A stretch of 64,000 nucleotides of DNA from Harriotta raleighana (GCA_050575255.1 JBNZDD010013505.1:786972-850971); one strand, 5' to 3'. Positions 12,262-24,922 are shown, numbered from the stretch's first letter. Notes: generated by a model not told the origin, from the letters alone. Translations and numbers: made by a program.

Positions 12262-14931
12262 TAAATCCTTCTATGGTGTTGCAGTTTCTCTTTCAAAACC
12301 CCAGCATAAAAATGTGGAATTACAAATAAGAAGTAATCCACGTCACGTTCAAGTCATGGGAAAATATTTGATATCATGTTAAATCTGTTTTGAAATGTTG
12401 CAAATGTCCCTCAATTGATATAAAAGTGACTCGTTAAGTGTAGTTGCCAGACATAACTGCTATTTGTTAAGAGTTGTGTTGGCACAACCTGGAAGGCTGT
12501 AGGGTTGCTGCTTTAAACATCAAGGTTATCATTCACTTTGACTTGCGTAATGTGACTTGCTGGGATGAAAGCCTCCTGATCAACCAGTGCTTGGGTCTGA
12601 AACAAGAGAAGAGCCTGTTGATGAATGTTTCATCACTGAACTTTATTAAAACAACTTATTAGTGCTGTTTCCCATGCAGTTAGACACAGATGAAATGCAG
12701 ATCTTCACAAATGCATTTTTGTTCAAATTCCTGACATCTCTGTTTACAAAAAAAAGTGAAGTGCCTTTCAGTGGGTATTTGTCACAGAGCTCTGGCAGCC
12801 AACAAAGCACACTGTCAACTACCTAAGGTTTCACTTCCTAATTAACTTTTCTAGAAGCACAATAACTGTCTAAAACACACAGTTCTCACGTTTAAAGCTC
12901 TGTCATTCCATTCTATTCAGAAGGAGTCACATTAATACCCCCCACTTATAAACAACAAAGCATTAGAATAGTAAGTGCACAATCCAAAGCATGAACTGGG
13001 GTAATCGGAGACAGCTTACAACTTGGCAGAAAGTTCCCTTTTTACTTTCCTTCAGAGCTTGTTAGTGTTTTGAGGATTTGCAGTGTCTAAGCCAGACTGA
13101 AGGAAAGAAGTTCAAACAATATTGACTTTTCAGAAATGATGATTTTAAATAAAAACCCAGAGCTCACAAAAGTTACTGCTTGGTGGATGGTGGGGCGGAC
13201 ATTAACAATCTTTTGTTTATTTCCTCTTGCATTTGGAAATTAATAGATCAAAAGAAGGAAGACTGTAAGCCTGGAAAAACTGAATCAACAGACTGTCAAA
13301 ACCATTTAGGGACTGCCTACTTAAAAGCACACAGCTAAGAATGATTTATCATGTAAACCAAACCTCATGACCTCATTCCAAATCGTCTATGTTTCAAAGA
13401 GGGAAAGATAACACAATTGTTTTTCCTATAGGCTTGTTGTTTGTTTCGAATTGTATTTTATTCTCTCCAGTTGCTGCTTTTGGGGTTCACTCATCAAGGT
13501 CTCGTTATATATCTTTTAATCTCACCTTAAAATCACTGCTTCAATTGTGCCAATGGTCACCTCTCCTCTGTGTAAAGCGCTCTGAGACATTATCATTCAT
13601 GAAAGGTGCTATACAAGTGCATGTTTTTGTTCAAGATGAATCCTTCCATTGAGATCACACTTTGGTTTTGAACTTGGTGTGCAGGGATTTCTGTGGATAA
13701 GTTCTCCATTTTATTATTCCATCTGCTTGATAACAATTTTTTTTATTTATAAGAAGCACTTGCAGTTTTGTTGTTATTTTCCCTGTTCACTGGTTGGAAT
13801 TTCTAGTGTTTGCCCTGGAAATTCACAACATTTTTTGGTTGTCTTAGGTGGGAAAGGGTTAAGTGCTGAAGTAAACAGAAATGCATGGGTGACTTTTTTT
13901 TGCCAATATGAGAGCCATACCATGCTGTGATCACATTCTTAAAACCAATGAGATGACAAAGGCAGTCATATCACTGAATGTTCTTGGGAAAGTGTAATTT
14001 GACATTTGTTAGGAAGGGAGGGGGGAGAAACACTGAAAATAAGAGCATCACAACCCATTAGAATTCACGCGTACATAGAGTGGCAAAGGAGGGAAAAGTT
14101 CATTGTTAAAGAGTGCCTCCTTTGTATCATGCAGACTGTGAAAAGTTCAAACAAGCACTCCATAGTCATGCGTTGAATGAATTTTACTGACTACCACCCA
14201 GGTCATACAGAACACCCAGACAGGAATTCCACAAAGGCTTATCACAATTACATCTACTTAGTGTATGAGGAGAATGTTCATCTTGCAAAGCCTAGGCTCT
14301 TGCCAGCAGCCAGGATTAGTGCTTGCTGCCAATTTCTGGGAAAAGTAGCTACAATAGTGTTTACTAACATACCATCCAGAATGCCAAAAACAGGGAAATT
14401 GAGGAGCAAAAGTGAAAACAGGTCATATAAATAGGTCCCACTTTTGATTCATTCAGTACTTTATGAAAAATACAGTGATGTGTTACTGCTGGTCTTACAC
14501 CATTGGCCCTCAGTAACTCAGCCACTGTTTTCACAGCAGAGAAAGCAATGAAACTAATGACAATTAATCCACCCGTAGGCATGAACGCATGGGGAATAGG
14601 TAGCTTTAATTGAATACAACATTAAAGAAACAAATTGGCATTAAATCCATAAACACGTTAGTGTAAATAATCAAATATCAGGTTTGCAATAACTTAAGTA
14701 AGCTTGTAATATCCTGCATTTCTAAATAACCTGATTAGCTTTACAGTTGCGGGATTTACATCCATTGAAGTTTTTGATATTAGAAACCAAAATACTGTGT
14801 CGCTAATGCTTGTATTACTTTTCCATATACAGTACATGATTCACTTTTCTATTGATGTTTCTCTGAATTAAATGAAGTGGCTTGTAGATGATATTTTCAG
14901 ATTTCTGTTTGAAGTTGTAATTTGTGGCAAA

Positions 14932-15075
14932 GATAATAATTGTTGCATTTGATATAACGCCTTGTCATGTCATTGAGACGTCTCAAAGAGCTTCACAGCT
15001 TTCACCACCTTGGGACGTCCTCCTGACATGAAAGGCACAATACAAATGTAGTTTAGTTATTGTTGTAAAGGGAAT
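14932..15075 (-). mobile_element. SINE tail (minus) with an opposite-strand L2 tail at ~15005-15064
   Basis: SINE ...gagcttcacag, then ccttgggacgtcctcctgacatgaaaggcac...ttgtt, then SINE-like gtaaagggaatt resumes. Confidence 0.7.
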
Positions 15076-15985
15076 TTTTAGTCATGTTGATGGTATTACG
15101 CAATATGTCATACAATATATTGTCCATGTGGAGACATTGAGGGTTGAAAATGGCACCTCATACTTTGGGGTGTAAAATGAGTCTTCTCTGGAGACTTGAC
15201 TCACAAGAACTCAGTTCTGACATAATGTTGAGTTGCAGGCGAGTTCTGGTGAGTCCACATACTGTACATTGAAGATCCGTTTATGTGTTCAGGTGAGTTT
15301 CCTGGTACAGTACAATGAATCCTATTTATGTTTTTGTTTTCCTGATGAGCACCTTTTCAATCTGGTTACATTTTTACTGGTTACATTTCTCAGAAATAAA
15401 ACTGGGAGGTGGGCTGATCGGTAAAGTTACCTGCTTTGACAGATTGTGCTTTAATAGGGAACAGCTGCATTTATTTATACAGCATCATTATGTGAAAGAA
15501 TGTTTAAACAAAAAGAAACGAAATTTAGAAGCATGGTAAAAGGACTAGGGGAACCCATCATTGACAGAACTGAATAAATGTTAATTGGATTATTAAACTC
15601 TGAAGATCAATAGATTTACCAATGAGTGAAAAATAATTCAGAAAATCATCATGCTGTGGTATAATAACATTGCATCTTAGATGATAGCATACATTTCTAG
15701 GGATCTGCTGTCTACTTAGAGATACAAGTTTGTTTCATTGCTGACGTAATGGAGGAAAGTCATTGTGCAAACCCTCGACTGTCCAATAGTTTAAGATGCC
15801 TTCCTGATCTGAAAGGAACAATATAAATGCACTTTGTTATCATTGTTATTGTTGTTGTTGAACCAACTGAACAGAATAAATGTTATTTGGATTATTGAAT
15901 AATCAATGGTTGGCAATATTATGCCCATACTCCAGGCCAATTGTACTTTGGGAGTCCACAAGAGCAGGGTTAACCAATACCTTAT

Positions 15986-16300
15986 GTAGTCATGTAGCTC
16001 AGTGGTTAGAGACTCGCCTTACAAGTGTGTGACCTATGTTTTGAATCCAGACAGGTCAGGGCAAACCTTTGCGCAAGTTTCCTTACTCCAAACTCCTAAT
16101 AATAATCTGTCTCCCCCAAAAACTATACTAAATTGGTCATTTCAATCCACAACTGTTTGTGAAACACTGCTGTGCGCAATTGGCTGCCACGTTTCGCACC
16201 CCAAATATACAGCCAATTCACTTTGCAGTATATTCTGTGAAGTGCTTTGAGACATCTAGAAGACGTGAGAAGTGTTATATCAAATGCAAGGATTATTATT
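15986..16300 (+). mobile_element. Full-length young SINE, short form
   Basis: tagctcagtggttagag A box; Deu segment gctgtgcgcaattggctgccacgtttcgc; (ATT)n tail. Confidence 0.9.
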
Positions 16301-16702
16301 ACCTTAGCCACCAGCCACATGTGGTGAATTGGGAATCCAGATGTAGCTAAATTGCATTTTTCATAAGGAAATAAAACGAATGAGTAATGTACACTATCGT
16401 TGGGCAGGTGATCTAAATACTCCGGACTCCTGAGACTCAAATTCCGCAGGCTCAAAGCTTTTGCCAGCCCATCCAGCCATCTATCCATCCATCCCTCTAT
16501 CCATCCTTATACCTACCTAGCTATTTATTTCCCCACCTCATCACCCTTACTGGCCTAAGGGTGGCTGGCACCAGCCATATTATTACATGTGGTTGGAAAG
16601 TCCGGCTCCAAATGCTGGCTACAGCATTTGTTCACAAAAAAATGCAGTCACTGTACTCCACAGTAAATCCTGTGAAACTCTTTGAGATATTTCAACAATG
16701 GG

Positions 16703-16996
16703 ATAATAATAATAATCCTTGCATTTGATATAGCACTTTTCACGTCTTCTAGGCATCTCAAATCGCATCACCAGATACACTGTAAAAGGAATTGACTGTA
16801 TATACTGTATATGGACGAGAAGCATCAGCCAATTGTGCACAGCAGTATCCCATGAACAATCATGGATTGAAATTACCAATTTTTTTGTGGGATTATTATT
16901 AGGCATGTGGAGTAAGGTAAATTGCCCAAGGTTTCGCCCTGCCTTGAATTGAACCCAGGTCTCTCGTCTGTAAGAAACCACTTAGCTACAGGACTC
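16703..16996 (-). mobile_element. Young SINE, short form
   Basis: (AAT)n tail, Deu segment, gaattgaacccagg B box, agctacaggactc 5' end. Confidence 0.88.
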
Positions 16997-18404
16997 ACGT
17001 CATGCATGATAAGGTGCTGTAGCACATGCAAGGATTGTTATTTATCATTAATACATTAGTATCACCAATATACGTGGCACCTTGAATGTTGATATTTATG
17101 TAAAAAGAAGCACTATGAATATAATTATTAATATCCAAATTTAATGAATGAATGCTGGTGAATGAATGAATTCTGGTACAAATTGTATAATTCATGTATT
17201 ATGATTCATGCTATTAAGTAGAATTTTTGTTCATTTATTATTTTTACACATTAGAACCATTTTATAAAATATACTTGTTATTGAAATTACTTGAGAGCAA
17301 CAGTGTTGGATTTTAAGGCTTTTGACTTTCATTACTGACCCAAAGTTTTTTCTTTAGCAGGTTTAGCTGTAAGAGAGGTTGCAGCTAACTGCATGCACAG
17401 TTCAACTAAGTTGTCTTAAATAAAGTGATTCAGTGCAGTCATGTACAAAAGTAAGTATTGTGGCAATTCAATATTGAATCTGCTGTTTATTTAACTTTCA
17501 AGGATTTTTTCTAAAGAATCCAGAATTGTTTTTAATCACATTGTGCACTAAAAAATAAAGCTATCTTCTTGAGCACTAGTTTGCAACCTAAAATAAGTTC
17601 ATTTAGTAAGCATTTAACAGTAATAACTATTTCTTTGTTTACAGTGTTTCTATCTGGATGGGATTTGTAATTGATTTACATGATTTAATGCCTTTATACT
17701 TTATACTTCCTGTGTGCTGTCAAAGGGTATGGCAATGATAAAATATTATTATTCCTAAAAATTGCTTTCATCAAGCATCAAGAATTTCAACATAAATTTA
17801 CCATTAGTGTTATTTCAAAGTCATGCCTGTGGTTTTTTGTTAACTTCTAATTAGAAACCCACTCTTTCTCACTAACATAAACCAGTGGCTGCAATTGGTC
17901 TGAAGCTAACTGACTAATGTTAGGAAAAAAAATCTCAGAAAAGTTCAGGAATGTCTCAATGATTTTCTCATCCTCTATTAGAAATTGAAAACAGTTACAG
18001 GCAGAAAAAGCATGATTTTCAGTATTTATTTCAGTGATCTACATAATTAAGAAATGATGTTAGCAATTGAATAATCTCAGATGTGCGTTATAACTTTTGT
18101 GACAACTTATGCATTCAGATATTTTTAACAGTGTTTAAGACACATGAAGCCTTTTCTTCACAAAATCGAAGTATAGCTTTCTCTTATTTATGATGTAGTT
18201 TTGTGAAATTTAATGGCATGGCCAACTTTGGGTGCAGGATCTATTGAAAGTTAGGTGTACACAAAGGAAGAAAGCATGGTAGAATAGCCCTTGAAACGGC
18301 AACCATAGAGTCGGTTTATGTTAGCGTTTCCCCCTTCTGAGCTACAACACTGCAGTCAGGTGAAGTATCACATGCATGAGGTGTATTGCTTCTGGGTCAG
18401 AAGT

Positions 18405-19170
18405 TATAATCCTTGAATTGATATGGAGCCTTATCACATAATTGAAAACATTTTAAATTGCTTTATAAAATTTACTGTAAAGTGCGCTCGCTGTATTTTG
18501 CAGGCAAACTAAGCAGTCGATTTTGAAAATAGCAAAGTCATTTCATTTCACAAACATGAAATGAATAATCCATTTTGTCTGGAGGATTGTTGGCCAGGAC
18601 ACCAAGAGAAACTCCCTTCTCTTTTTTAATAGTCCCACGGGATCCTAACAGGTAGATGGGAACTTGGTTTCAGATTTCATTCAGTGCACAATGCAGTGCA
18701 CCCCAAGAATTATACTGGAATGTCAGTTTAGACTGTGATAATAATATTCTATATTCTAATAATATGGTGTCCTGGCCAGCAATCCTCTGGATAAATTGAT
18801 CAGTAACTTCATGGCAGTTTGTAGGACACTGCTGTGTGCAAATTAGCTGCTCTATTCACCTACAAATAATAATCCATGCATTTGATATAGAGCCTTATCA
18901 CGTCTTTTAGACGTCTCAAAGCGCTTCACAGAATATACTATAAAGTGAATTGACTATATTTTGTAAGTGAAACTAGGCATCCAATTTCTCACAGAGGTGT
19001 CCCACAACCAGTGGTGGATTTCATAGTTGCTACATTTCACTGAAAACTCCGAAAAGTGTTTTGAGATGTTTTGAAGTTATACAACAACAACAAAATTACA
19101 TTTGTCTTTTGCCTTTCACGTTGGGAGACTGTTCCGAGCCATGCACTATATCAATTGGAAGAATTATTAT
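18405..19170. mobile_element. Cluster of alternating-orientation Deu SINE pieces (~18405-18740 -, 18765-18865 +, 18865-19020 -, 19030-19170 +) with an L2 tail at 19081-19140
   Basis: Repeated Deu motifs and shared 3' tails on both strands. Confidence 0.75.
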
Positions 19171-20164
19171 GTGGCAGAAGTGATTTCTACAAACATCTCA
19201 TTTGCTACTCTTCTGGCCACAGGAGAAAATAACCGACCAATAATGCAGCATAGATCACAGCCCATTCTTCTTCTACTTCTCTGTAGTTAATTGGATTTAT
19301 CTTTCTCATAACTATTGCCTGGTACATTTCTCTCAATGATATGAACTGGCTATTTGTGCCGTCATGAAACATCCTAACAAATTTGGTGGTCTAGGTAAAC
19401 AATGGCTGACTTCACACCTCACAACCAAAGAGATTCATTTGTTCTAATCTGTTAAAAAATATCCCTACATTTACTTACATTTAAAGACAGGGCCCATATG
19501 ATCAGATGGCTTTTTGGAGATCCACACCAAGTCACACTTGATGGAGCAAATGGCTTGTTTGTGATCTGTATAATTCTAAAATTCTATGAACTGGCAATGA
19601 ATGTAAATAACACGGGACAGTAGTTCCATAAATCTCAATGTTCTGATGATTTGCAAAGCACTCATACTACACTACCCCTTGATTAGTATAACTGTCTTGT
19701 AACTCACTTGGAGCCATCTATTGTTGCCCAAGGAACTGACATTATGTCTGACCATTAAATTGCCATTAAAGCGCTTCAAAAACATACCATTTTAATACGG
19801 GGACCAAAGAACCCAGAGCATCACAAAGAGTCCTCCTTGTCTGCATGTAAGGCATAATAGAAACAGTGCAATACAATAGTGCTACATTACTGGCATTCAT
19901 ATGACTTCTATAATTCAAATCAGGAAGATCAGCTACGGAGGACTACGCAGCTCTGTAAGTCCCATATTTTATGTTGCAGATCAAAGGGGGGGGAAATTCA
20001 AACTCAATCTGCTGGGAATGCACCTAATAGTGGGATCTTGAGGCACAAGTGGCAGCTATGAATTGTTAACATTTCACTCAAAGAAATTTACAAGACGTGC
20101 CCAGATCTTAAAGCCATTTTCCTGCTCCAGCATATGTGGTTTCCTTTATTTTCCTGCCTCTAGT

Positions 20165-20330
20165 TGTCGTTCTTCCAGTCTGGACGCCGTTACTTGTACA
20201 GGTCCACTGGTTCTAACTTCTATTCTGTACCTTTCACCCGGGTGCCCATTCTTCATGTATGAGCCCAGACAGGGATTGTCATTAGACCTAATCTGAGGGG
20301 ATGGCATCACAGATGAACCTGATCTTCTCA
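20165..20330 (-). mobile_element. LF-SINE-like fragment
   Basis: Reverse complement reads gatcaggttcatctgtgatgcc...ctgtctgggctcatacatgaagaatgggcacccgggtgaaaggtac, resembling the LF-SINE 3' body from memory. Confidence 0.55.
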
Positions 20331-20569
20331 TCCAGTCCATTCATTCACACTTCTCAGTAAGAATCATTGAATAATGATCTGGCGAATAAACTCTGGCTAC
20401 TTAATCCTTTTCTTACTTAGCCCAGTTCCACTGTAGCTACCACATTGTTGAACTCAGCAGACTTTCCCAGTCTGCATTCACCTCTTTTCCAGCAGATGAC
20501 ACTTCAAGCTCCATATTCTAACTTTCAAATATCTCCACACGTTTGCCCCAAATGAACACTGTGATCTTA

Positions 20570-20895
20570 TGTCTCCTCAACTCCTTCCACTTTTTTAAGT
20601 TAGACGTGCATCACATCCCCTTTTTCCGTTTGTCCCACCAATGGTGGGTGACATTTCAGTCGGTTTTCCCCTCGCCGGAACTCTCTTCTTAAATCTCTGT
20701 GTTTCCTTCTCTGCTTACAAAACCCTTTTAGAAAATCTTTGCCTCCCTCCCACATTCCTTACCTTTCCACACTCTTTATTTTTATTATTATTATTCCTTA
20801 TCCTCCATCCTGCTCAAGCTCCCATTCAATCCATGTGAAACACTGTCAGATGTTTTCCCATGTGAAAGGCATGGGACAAGTGCAAGTCGCTGTCT
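20570..20895 (+). mobile_element. Old L2 3' fragment
   Basis: cccaccaatggtgggtgacatttcag...tgtgaaacactgtcagatgttttcccatgtgaaaggca. Confidence 0.55.
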
Positions 20896-22483
20896 ATATT
20901 GTACAGTTCAGAATAAATTAATCTCTCAAACTGAACCACTTTCCATAGGAACCTTGTTCAAATCACTTAGAATAAGATGGCACCTCAACACAATACCATA
21001 ATAATGAATTGTTGGAAGGAATTTCTTAAATAAAACTTCACACACCGTAGAGAACATTGTAAGGGAGCCGAGAATCAACAGGAATCCTGGTGACCAAGGA
21101 TAGGACAAATTTTAGAAGAATTTCCCTAACTGAACTGTGTACTGCTCTTTTTCACTGATCTAGGTGAATTGGCATATATGTAGGGTTTTCAATGTACTTT
21201 CCTGAGATGATGAAGGTAGTTATTTTATACAGTGCTGGATACTCATCTTCCCACTTCTCTTGTGGGTAACACAAGATTCATATCATTCCCCCACACTAAA
21301 GTGATTGTATTTGTGGACGCTTGAGCTCTTAGTGCAGCAGTAATATCATTTTATGAAGAAGCAACATCAGCAGCACTTTTTGTGAATATCATGTGTGAGC
21401 AACACGCAGGAAGTGATGTCAGTGGTTGCCTGATGATCCTGAAATTGACCATTTTTTTCACATATCAGTATAAGTTGACACCTGAGATATTGGATCAGAT
21501 GTTTGTAATTTAATGGAGTTGTCTTGCATGTCTTGCCGTAGGAGTCCATTTGAACTTCCACGTCTAAATCTAAAGGAATGCAATGGGCTAAGATTCCAGG
21601 TGTTGTACTGTATTATAATTGGGGAAATGCTATTTACTACCAATATTGGCATGATACTACCCATAACTCTAAATGCAATTTCCACCCAAGAGTGAGCAAA
21701 TTAAAGAAACACGGAAAGGAGATGTTTGTTGTAATCATGACCTTCTACCCCTAGAGGTCGTCAGCCAATTTAATGAATGTGTTGGTGACATCTGGTGGCT
21801 TAACCTCAAGATTGCATCGATGTTGACTTGTATTCACAGTGACAATTGTATTATTTTTGTCTTCTGTAACCCTTTCAAGCCTGATCCAGTAAAATTAAAT
21901 GTCAGTAGTTCACTGGAAAGATAAATGATATGCATCCAGGTCACATTGAGGATAACTGTATCGAGCATACAGGTCGTGGAGGCACTGATTGTCAAAGTGG
22001 AGAGGAATTGAGCTATCTTTTTGGGAAGAAATTGATTGATAAAAAGCACAGAGTAATGTAAAATTACACGTATATTTTACTTGGAGCCTGATGGGACAGG
22101 CTTTTGCAATCCTGTATGTTCCTACGTTTCTACATTTGAAAGATTGAGCCATAGGAAAGATCAAACAGGATGTGTNTTCCTATGTTTCTACATTTGAAAG
22201 ATTGAGCCATAGGAAAGATCAAACAGGATGTGTTTCTGAAATTTCAGGGAGTTTTGACAAGCATGAAAACATCTAGGAAAAGCCACTTTCATATAAGGGT
22301 TTCTTTGTAGATGTTCCTTTCAAGTTATACAAATATTTACAGCAAGTGATTGATCAGATAGTTACAAAACAAATGGAAGGATCATAATGTTTGAGTTTGA
22401 GAGCATTTCAAGATATTCACTATCTTCAGTGCAATTCAAGGAGAAATAGATTTCCTGATTTAAGACAACCCAATTAGAACTAT

Positions 22484-22947
22484 GAAACAAAAGCAGAAGT
22501 TTCTGGGGAAACTCAGCAGGTCAGGCAGCATCCATGGAGAAAGGAAAGTGAGTCAACGTTTCGGGTCCATGACCCTTTATCAGAAATGGGGAATGTTAGA
22601 AGGGAGAGGTTTTTAAGGACATTCGGGTGGGAGGAGGGGGTGGTGGAAAGCAGGACATGGAAGACAAAGGAGACAAAGAAGACAAAAGAAAAAGAGTGTG
22701 TAAACTGATGGGTTGAAAATGTGATAACGATAATCACACGAGAAACAAAAGGGGGGTGGGTTTCAATGAAACTGGGGAGAAGAAGTGTTTAGTGGTGACC
22801 TCTTCTTCCAAGTTTTGTTGAAACCAACCCCTTTTGTTTCTCACCTGTACATTCTTATCACATGGATGCTGCCTGATCTGCTGAGTTTCCTCAGCAACTT
22901 CTGCTTTTGTTTCAAATTCCCAGCATCTGTAGTATTTTGTGTTTTGT
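22484..22947. mobile_element. Penelope-like element remnant with inverted pseudo-LTR segments and 14-bp TSD
   Basis: gaaacaaaagcagaagtttctggggaaactcagcaggtcaggcagcatccatg mirrored by catggatgctgcctgatctgctgagtttcctcagcaacttctgcttttgtttc; direct repeat ccaattagaactat at 22470-22483 and 22948-22961. Confidence 0.8.
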
Positions 22948-23654
22948 CCAATTAGAACTATCCCTAGTTTAGAGCAGATTCTATTGGATGTTAGTTATTT
23001 AGCATTTTTGAATAGCTTGTCATATGATTGATTCTCAGGCAATATGCAAATCTTTTTCAGACCTTATAGGATTCTAGAAATTTACAGCACAGAAGAGGGC
23101 CATTCAGACCAGCTTGTCTGTGCCAACTGCTCCTCCTTATATGAAAGGCACTATACAAATATCATTTTGTTGTTGTGGTTTATGAACAAATCCTTTAAAG
23201 TTTCATTTACTGGTCCTTTCCCCAGGCTCCAACTGTAAACATTTATCAGTAATCATTTTCGGAAGAGTACACTATTGATATGTTTGATTTCTCACAAAAT
23301 TCCTTTGATGTACCTCCATCTAAATCTAATGTCACTCAATCCTTTTAGCTGATAGGAACCTGGCTGATTCATTTTTGAACTATTTTGTTCCACCACGTGG
23401 AGTTTGTTCAGAAGTTCCCATCCTAAACACTTAACAGAAAATATTGTTATTTTAATGCTCAAAATGTGATAGACCCAGGCATCAAAATTGGTGAATTAAT
23501 ACTAATAATCCTTGCATTTCGTATTGCACATTATCATATTAAAACATGATTTGTAGGAAAATGAGGTAATCAATTTGGATACAGTAATGTGCTGCAAACA
23601 CCCATGAAATGAATGATTAATTTTATACTGAAAAAGTAGATAGGACTTGGTTTA

Positions 23655-23760
23655 ATAATAATCCTTGCATTTGATATAGTGCTTTTCACATCTCTTTGAT
23701 GTCTCAAAGTGCTTCAAAATGAATTGACTGTATATTTGTGGGTGAAACGCAGCAGCCAGT
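23655..23760 (-). mobile_element. Young SINE 3' fragment
   Basis: aataataatccttgcatttgatatagtgcttttcac...gggtgaaacgcagcagcca. Confidence 0.8.
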
Positions 23761-24070
23761 GTCGATGTTGATAATATTGATTCTGCAACTACCAATGTAC
23801 GGTATATCTACTGATTCACAGACTATTACAAAATATATCACACCACCCACTACATTTACAGTACATATACATAAATATATATACTGTATATACAGTTTAA
23901 AAGATACCATGGAGTGATTTCAAGGCAGTACTGAAACCTATGATTTAGATGGACAGTTTGACCTACTCATACTTTGCTCCTGTAATGTTGTCATTCGAAC
24001 CCATTGAATAGATTACTGTCTTGTAATTGTTCCCAGAGATCCATTATTCTCAGTGTAATTCCTGGCAGTA

Positions 24071-24922
24071 CAACAACAACAACAACAAAATTACATTTAT
24101 AGAGCGCGTTTCACGTCAGGAGGACGTCCCAAGGCGCTGGACAGATGATTTAAGACCCGAGCAGGGGGAAATGTTCAGGGCGAGGGGGGAGGGGGAGGGT
24201 GGGAGCAAGGAGGAGGTAGAGAGTCGAGAGGGGAGCTGAAGGCACGGTCGAAGAGAAAGGTCTTGAGACCGGCCTTGAAAGAGGAAAGGGAGGGAGCGAG
24301 GCGAAGGCACTGGGGGATGGAGTTCCAGAGCCTGGGGGCTGAGCAGCTGAAAGCCCGGCCGCCAATGGTAGGGCGGTTAGGGCAGGGGATGTGGAGCAGA
24401 CCAGAGCCAGAGGAACGGAGGGTACGGGCAGGTAGATAGGGGGATATTAGGTCGGAGAGGTAGGAGGGAGCAAGGCCGTGAATGGCCTTGTAGGTGAGGA
24501 TGAGGATCTTGAAGTCGATCCTCTGGGGGATGGGGAGCCAGTGGAGACGGGTGAGGGTGGGAGTGATGTGGTCTCGAAGGCTGGTGCGGGAGAGAACACG
24601 AGCTGCAGAGTTCTGGATGACCTGCAGCTTGTGGATGGAGGAGCCGGGAAGGCCCACGAGGAGAGAGTTCCCATAGTCCAGCCTTGAGGTGATGAAGGCG
24701 TGGACCAGTATCTCAGCAACGTGAGGGGTGAGGCAGTGTCGTAGCCTGGCGATGTTCCGGAGGTGGTGGAAGGCAGTGCCAGTTGTGGCGCGGATGTGGG
24801 GGAGAAAGGACAGCTCAGGGTCAAATAGAACACCGAGGTTCCTGACTGGCTTTGCGAGGTGGAGAGTGCAGCCTTGGATGCTGATGCTATCAGCACCCGA
24901 GTTGCGGAGGCGCTGACGCGAG
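24071..24922 (-). mobile_element. Young GC-rich L2 3' fragment (~850 bp, ORF2 C-terminus open)
   Basis: KPVRNLGVLFDPELSF...HAFITSRLDYGNSLL...LHWLPIPQRIDFKIL...KTFLFDRAF; CpGs retained; (CAA)n tail. Confidence 0.95.

Noticed and set aside
22119-22233. 57-bp tandem duplication
   Set aside because: The copies are separated by a single N (22176) and differ at one base, which is typical of unmerged contig or haplotype overlap.
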